The notes beneath the pieces are model-generated. The model had not been told where the DNA came from. It saw only the letters and a program-made list of their open reading frames with translations, and made no database searches. Shown here in pieces: positions 60,120 through 64,000 of a stretch of DNA of 64,000 nucleotides. Numbering within the stretch: the stretch's first letter is position 1; every line of letters starts with the position of its first letter. The translations under genes were made by a program, and so were the position numbers. This DNA comes from Bacteroidia bacterium (GTDB taxonomy: Bacteria > Bacteroidota > Bacteroidia > UKL13-3), in assembly GCA_034676125.1 (NCBI GenBank), contig JAUCCO010000001.1:9788-73787 (forward strand), read 5' to 3'.

Positions 60120-60372
60120 GATGCTGAGTTTGTTAGTTTAGCTTTATGGTAATTTTAACCTTGTAATGGTATACCTAAAAATTGGGCAAAAATAAGAGAA
60201 AGTGTGAGTTTACAAAATTTATAACTGTAAATAAAAATAACCTAATACTGTAACATGGCCGTATACAGTGGCTTTAGAAATGATTTTGTTGCATAAAAAA
60301 ATTATGTTATCAATCATTTTTTCCTTCTTTAGAAATAATCTAAATTCGCCAACCAATTAAATATACCAAAGG

Positions 60373-60594
60373 GTGAAACTCTCAGAACTAAACTTCAATC
60401 AAATAGCAACCGTAGAAAAGGTAAATAGCGAAGAGCTAAGTTTAAAGCTGTTTGAAATGGGTTTGTTACCTGGCGAGGAAGTAGAGTTGGTGCATGTGGC
60501 GCCATTTGGTGATCCAATTGCAATTCGTGTTGGCGAATATAAAATGTGTTTACGCATAAGTGATGCAAGTTGTATAGATGTTAATTTGAAATAG
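60373..60594 (+). CDS. feoA: Ferrous iron transport protein A
   Basis: 73-aa SH3-like FeoA pattern (LSELNFNQIATVEKV...LFEMGLLPGEEVELVHVAPFGDPIAIRVGEYKMCLR). GTG start. Confidence 0.75.
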   Translation: MKLSELNFNQIATVEKVNSEELSLKLFEMGLLPGEEVELVHVAPFGDPIAIRVGEYKMCLRISDASCIDVNLK

Positions 60595-60596
60595 TA

Positions 60597-62708
60597 GTGA
60601 AGCAGGAAATAACGGTTGCATTAGCAGGAAACCCCAATAGTGGTAAAACAAGTTTGTTTAATGGACTAACGGGCCTAAACCACAAGGTTAGCAATTTTGC
60701 AGGAACCACCGTTGAGAAAAAAATTGGCTACAGCAAGCTTAATGCTGATACACGTGCACAAATAATTGATTTGCCCGGAACCTATAGCCTATACCCAAAA
60801 TCGGCTGATGAATTGGTTACGTATGACATTTTACGCAACAAGGCCGAAACCAACTTTCCGGATTTGGTTTTATTTATTGCCGATGCCAGTAACCTAAAGC
60901 GCAATTTACTTTTACTTACCCAAGTTGCAGATTTGGGTGTACCAGTAATTTTAGCTTTAAATATGGTTGATTTGGCCGAGCGCAAGGGTATTTTTTATGA
61001 ACTTGATATTTTAGCAGAACAATTGGGAATACCAGTTGTGGCCATTAATGCAAGAAACAAAGAAGGGGTTTCAAAAATTAAAAGTTTATTGCTTGATGAA
61101 AGCCAACATAAAAAAGTAACCTATTTTGACATTAACCAAGTTGATAAAAACTTATTAGATGAAATAGGTGAAATTACGGATAAAAAAAATCCTTATGCAG
61201 CTTTACAATATGCTATTAATGCAAGTGTTTTTTTAAATAATAAGGCTAAGCAAATTAATGCAGCTTTTCAAAAACACAATTTCAATGCGCAGCAATTCCA
61301 ACAAGAAGAAATTTTACAACGTTATCGCGTAATTGATGAGGCGGTAAGGTTAAGTCGCAGGCAAAAAGCAAACCACATTACAAAAAATATTACCCAAAAA
61401 GCAGATAAGATTTTAACGCACCGCATTTGGGGTTTGCTTATATTTTTAGGATTGTTGTTTTTAATGTTTCAAGCTATTTTTTCATGGAGTGCTTATCCAA
61501 TGGATTGGGTTGAAATGGGATTTGCTTGGGTAAGTAATGCCATTGAAACAACGCTGCCCGATGGTGTTTTGAATGATTTATTAGTACATGGTGTTGTGGC
61601 AGGATTAAGTGGTGTGATTATATTTTTACCACAAATTATTATTCTTTTTGCATTTATCGCCATACTCGAAGATGTGGGTTACATGGCGCGTGTTGGCTTT
61701 ATTATGGATAGGATAATGCGTCCGTTTGGAATGAATGGTAAAAGCATTGTGCCTTTAATTAGTGGAATGGCCTGTGCTGTTCCCAGCATCATGTCGAGCA
61801 GAAGTATTGAGAGTAAAAAAGAAAGATTAATTACCATTTTGGTAACACCTTTAATGAGTTGTTCTGCTCGTTTGCCAGTGTATACTTTATTAATTGGTAT
61901 GCTAATTCCCGAAACCGCAAAATGGGGTCCGTTTAATGTGCATGGGGTAGTTTTAATGGCCATGTATTTATTGGGTTTTATTGCTGCATTAACCAGTGCT
62001 GCTTTGTTTAAACTTTTTGTGCATGTAAAAAGTTCTAACTATTTTATTATGGAATTGCCCAGTTATAAATTACCTGTTTGGCATAATTTATTAATTACCC
62101 TATACGAAAAAGCAAAGGCATTTGTGGTTGGTGCGGGTAAAATTATTGTGGCGGTTTCTGTAATTTTATGGGCCTTGGCATCATACGGACCAAGAGATAA
62201 TATGAATGCCATTGATATCAAATATAATACCCTAGCATTAAATCCGGATGCAACACAAACTGCCGAAGAATTAGATGCAAAAAGAAGTGCAGAAAGATTG
62301 CAAGCAAGTTATGCAGGTGTGTTTGGTAAATGGATTGAACCCGCAATTAGGCCGCTTGGTTTTGATTGGAAAATAGGTATTGCGTTGCTAACATCGCTTG
62401 CTGCACGTGAGGTTTTTGTAGGAACCATGAGCACAATTTACAGTGTTGGTGGCGGTGCTAAAGGTGGCGATTTAAGTACCATACAGCAAAAAATGTTTAC
62501 GGAAAAAAATGCACAAGGCAAACCAATTTATTCTATAGCCACCATATTATCGTTGATGGTTTTTTATGCATTTGCTATGCAATGTATGAGCACACTATCT
62601 GTAGTAAAAACCGAAACCAATACATGGAAATGGCCAATAATAATGTTTGTGTATATGACAGCTTTGGCATACGTAAGCAGTTTAATTGTGTTTAATATAT
62701 TTAGTTAA
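60597..62708 (+). CDS. feoB: Ferrous iron transport protein B
   Basis: N-terminal G-domain VALAGNPNSGKTSLFN..DLPGTYSL..ALNMVD, followed by a polytopic permease domain. 703 aa. Confidence 0.9.
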   Translation: MKQEITVALAGNPNSGKTSLFNGLTGLNHKVSNFAGTTVEKKIGYSKLNADTRAQIIDLPGTYSLYPKSADELVTYDILRNKAETNFPDLVLFIADASNLKRNLLLLTQVADLGVPVILALNMVDLAERKGIFYELDILAEQLGIPVVAINARNKEGVSKIKSLLLDESQHKKVTYFDINQVDKNLLDEIGEITDKKNPYAALQYAINASVFLNNKAKQINAAFQKHNFNAQQFQQEEILQRYRVIDEAVRLSRRQKANHITKNITQKADKILTHRIWGLLIFLGLLFLMFQAIFSWSAYPMDWVEMGFAWVSNAIETTLPDGVLNDLLVHGVVAGLSGVIIFLPQIIILFAFIAILEDVGYMARVGFIMDRIMRPFGMNGKSIVPLISGMACAVPSIMSSRSIESKKERLITILVTPLMSCSARLPVYTLLIGMLIPETAKWGPFNVHGVVLMAMYLLGFIAALTSAALFKLFVHVKSSNYFIMELPSYKLPVWHNLLITLYEKAKAFVVGAGKIIVAVSVILWALASYGPRDNMNAIDIKYNTLALNPDATQTAEELDAKRSAERLQASYAGVFGKWIEPAIRPLGFDWKIGIALLTSLAAREVFVGTMSTIYSVGGGAKGGDLSTIQQKMFTEKNAQGKPIYSIATILSLMVFYAFAMQCMSTLSVVKTETNTWKWPIIMFVYMTALAYVSSLIVFNIFS

Positions 62709-62710
62709 TT

Positions 62711-62998
62711 ATGCTGATATTTTTAATAATAGTTGGCCTAATTGGTGCCACATTAATGAACAAACGTGCATGGAATTATTATAATTTTAATCATGCTGAT
62801 AAACAATTATCTTATAGCGATTACTTATCGGATGCAAGTAGTATTGCTACCAAAATAAAATCGGGTTTGCCGATATTTGTTTTTAAACCTGCATCAACCC
62901 CAGAGCTATTAAAATTGCGCAACACCATTAACATACAAACCATTGGTGTGTATTTAATTTTAATTTTAGCTTTTTGTATCAGGTATTTTTTAATGTAA
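62711..62998 (+). CDS. Small two-TM membrane protein of unknown function downstream of feoB
   Basis: MLIFLIIVGLIGATLM... and a C-terminal helix IGVYLILILAFCIRYFLM. Separated from feoB by 2 nt. Confidence 0.4.
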   Translation: MLIFLIIVGLIGATLMNKRAWNYYNFNHADKQLSYSDYLSDASSIATKIKSGLPIFVFKPASTPELLKLRNTINIQTIGVYLILILAFCIRYFLM

Positions 62999-63000
62999 GG

Positions 63001-63603
63001 TTAAAACTTTTTGCGCTTTTGCAAACGTTTGTTTAATTGATAATTTAACCATGCCGAACCACTTCCAATTAATGCGCCAGCCAATACATCACTAGGGTAA
63101 TGTACGCCAAAATGCATGCGCGAATAAGCAGCAGATGATGCCCACAAATATGCAGGAACGGCAACATACCATTTGGGATAAACAATGGTAATTGATGTAG
63201 CCAAAGCAAATGCCGTTGATGTATGTCCTGATGGAAACGAATACTTATCCTCTGGGGTAATATTATCCAAATCTGGGTAGGTTACATAAGGGCGAGGCCT
63301 TTGTATGCTGTATTTAAGTAAACCCGTAATTGCAGATGAAATTAATAATGTACCACCAATTATTATGGTGCGCTGTTTGTTCGCACTGTCTTTTTTAATT
63401 AAGTATAAGGTTGCAAATGTTGCAGGAACAGCCAAAGCAAGCGGAAATACACTATTTGTTAATACGCTAAATGTTGGGTCGAGAGCGGTGTTGCGGTTTA
63501 AATTTAATTTACGCAGTAGGCCAATATCAGCGTTTTGCGCAATTGCTGTATTAAGCAAAAGCACAGTTAACAGTAAAATTGATAGTAGTTGTTTTAATCG
63601 CAT
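63001..63603 (-). CDS. PAP2-family phosphatase (membrane, signal peptide)
   Basis: PAP2 motifs KYSIQRPRP, PSGHTS and SRMHFGVHYPSDV. Confidence 0.8.
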   Translation of the reverse strand: MRLKQLLSILLLTVLLLNTAIAQNADIGLLRKLNLNRNTALDPTFSVLTNSVFPLALAVPATFATLYLIKKDSANKQRTIIIGGTLLISSAITGLLKYSIQRPRPYVTYPDLDNITPEDKYSFPSGHTSTAFALATSITIVYPKWYVAVPAYLWASSAAYSRMHFGVHYPSDVLAGALIGSGSAWLNYQLNKRLQKRKKF

Positions 63604-63697
63604 ATTTTAATAGTAAACATTAGGCAAAATATACGTTTTAGTTGGTGTATGATACCTGAATAACAAGTATACTTATTGCTTTTATTTTTAATCAATC

Positions 63698-63991
63698 CTA
63701 AAACAACTTGCTGTTTCTAATTTGTTTAATTGGGTTAAGTGCATTTAGGTTTAATGTAAATGTAATACGTTGGCCAATGCTATTATTTAAATCCCAACTT
63801 GCCTTAGTAATTGGGTCGGTAAATACCGGTAAATTAACTTGAAATGCCCCTTTAAACATCCAAAGGCTAATACCAGTAACATAATGTAAATTGGCCTGAT
63901 AAACTATTTCGGTAACGCCTGTATTTCCATTTATTACTGGAAGCTTAGTGTTGATTGCAGCCACATCAACAAAAACCCTTAAAGGCAACAC
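63698..63991 (-). CDS. Hypothetical beta-rich (outer-membrane-like) protein, possibly N-terminally truncated by the window edge
   Basis: ORF reaches within 9 nt of the window end. Alternating hydrophobic pattern. No recognisable family. Confidence 0.25.
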   Translation of the reverse strand: MLPLRVFVDVAAINTKLPVINGNTGVTEIVYQANLHYVTGISLWMFKGAFQVNLPVFTDPITKASWDLNNSIGQRITFTLNLNALNPIKQIRNSKLF

Positions 63992-64000
63992 GCCAAATAT

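Noticed and set aside
1-64000. Mobile-element boundaries (transposase, integrase, tRNA-adjacent attachment sites) delimiting the T9SS cargo island or the biosynthetic cluster
   Set aside because: No transposase or integrase-like ORF, terminal inverted repeats or tRNA genes were recognised. The islands appear to be chromosomal accessory regions without visible mobility genes in this window.

Overview
This 64-kb window is AT-rich and looks like a Bacteroidota (Flavobacteriia/Cytophagia-like) chromosome segment; nothing here was searched against a database. About 44% of it (~13.1-46.1 kb) is an island of Type IX secretion system (T9SS) cargo genes. Two giant proteins end in T9SS type-A sorting domains: a 3,1xx-aa FN3/LamG-like protein and a small 296-aa protein. 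Four proteins end in the type-B gliding-motility C-terminal domain (CTD): a 2,324-aa adhesin of about 21 cadherin-like repeats, a 1,526-aa and a 1,8xx-aa PKD-repeat protein, and a short bitopic anti-sigma-like protein. A PorP/SprF-family outer-membrane gene and an OmpA-like gene sit immediately downstream of the cadherin adhesin. The most unusual feature is an ECF sigma factor translationally coupled to a 298-aa single-pass membrane protein that has no cargo domain, only a periplasmic linker and a type-B T9SS CTD. The pair sits between the two large PKD/type-B CTD cargo genes, which suggests a trans-envelope signalling module. The first 12.8 kb is a minus-strand accessory glycoconjugate or glycolipid biosynthesis cluster. 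It holds ACP-like, FabH-like, ArnC-like GT2, GNAT, DegT aminotransferase, Wzm/Wzt-type ABC-2 exporter, three tandem PhyH-family Fe(II)/2OG dioxygenase paralogs, a SAM methyltransferase, a UbiA-like membrane transferase and a transglutaminase-like lipoprotein. The remainder is housekeeping or transport genes: asd, a cytochrome-b5-like protein, a thioredoxin-like protein, a TolB-like propeller, recJ, a ChaN-like lipoprotein, czcA/czcB-type RND heavy-metal efflux with a His-rich periplasmic protein, carB, feoAB and a PAP2 phosphatase. The czc/carB intergenic region carries two 40-nt direct repeats with adjacent GC hairpins. No tRNA, rRNA, CRISPR, transposase or integrase was recognised.
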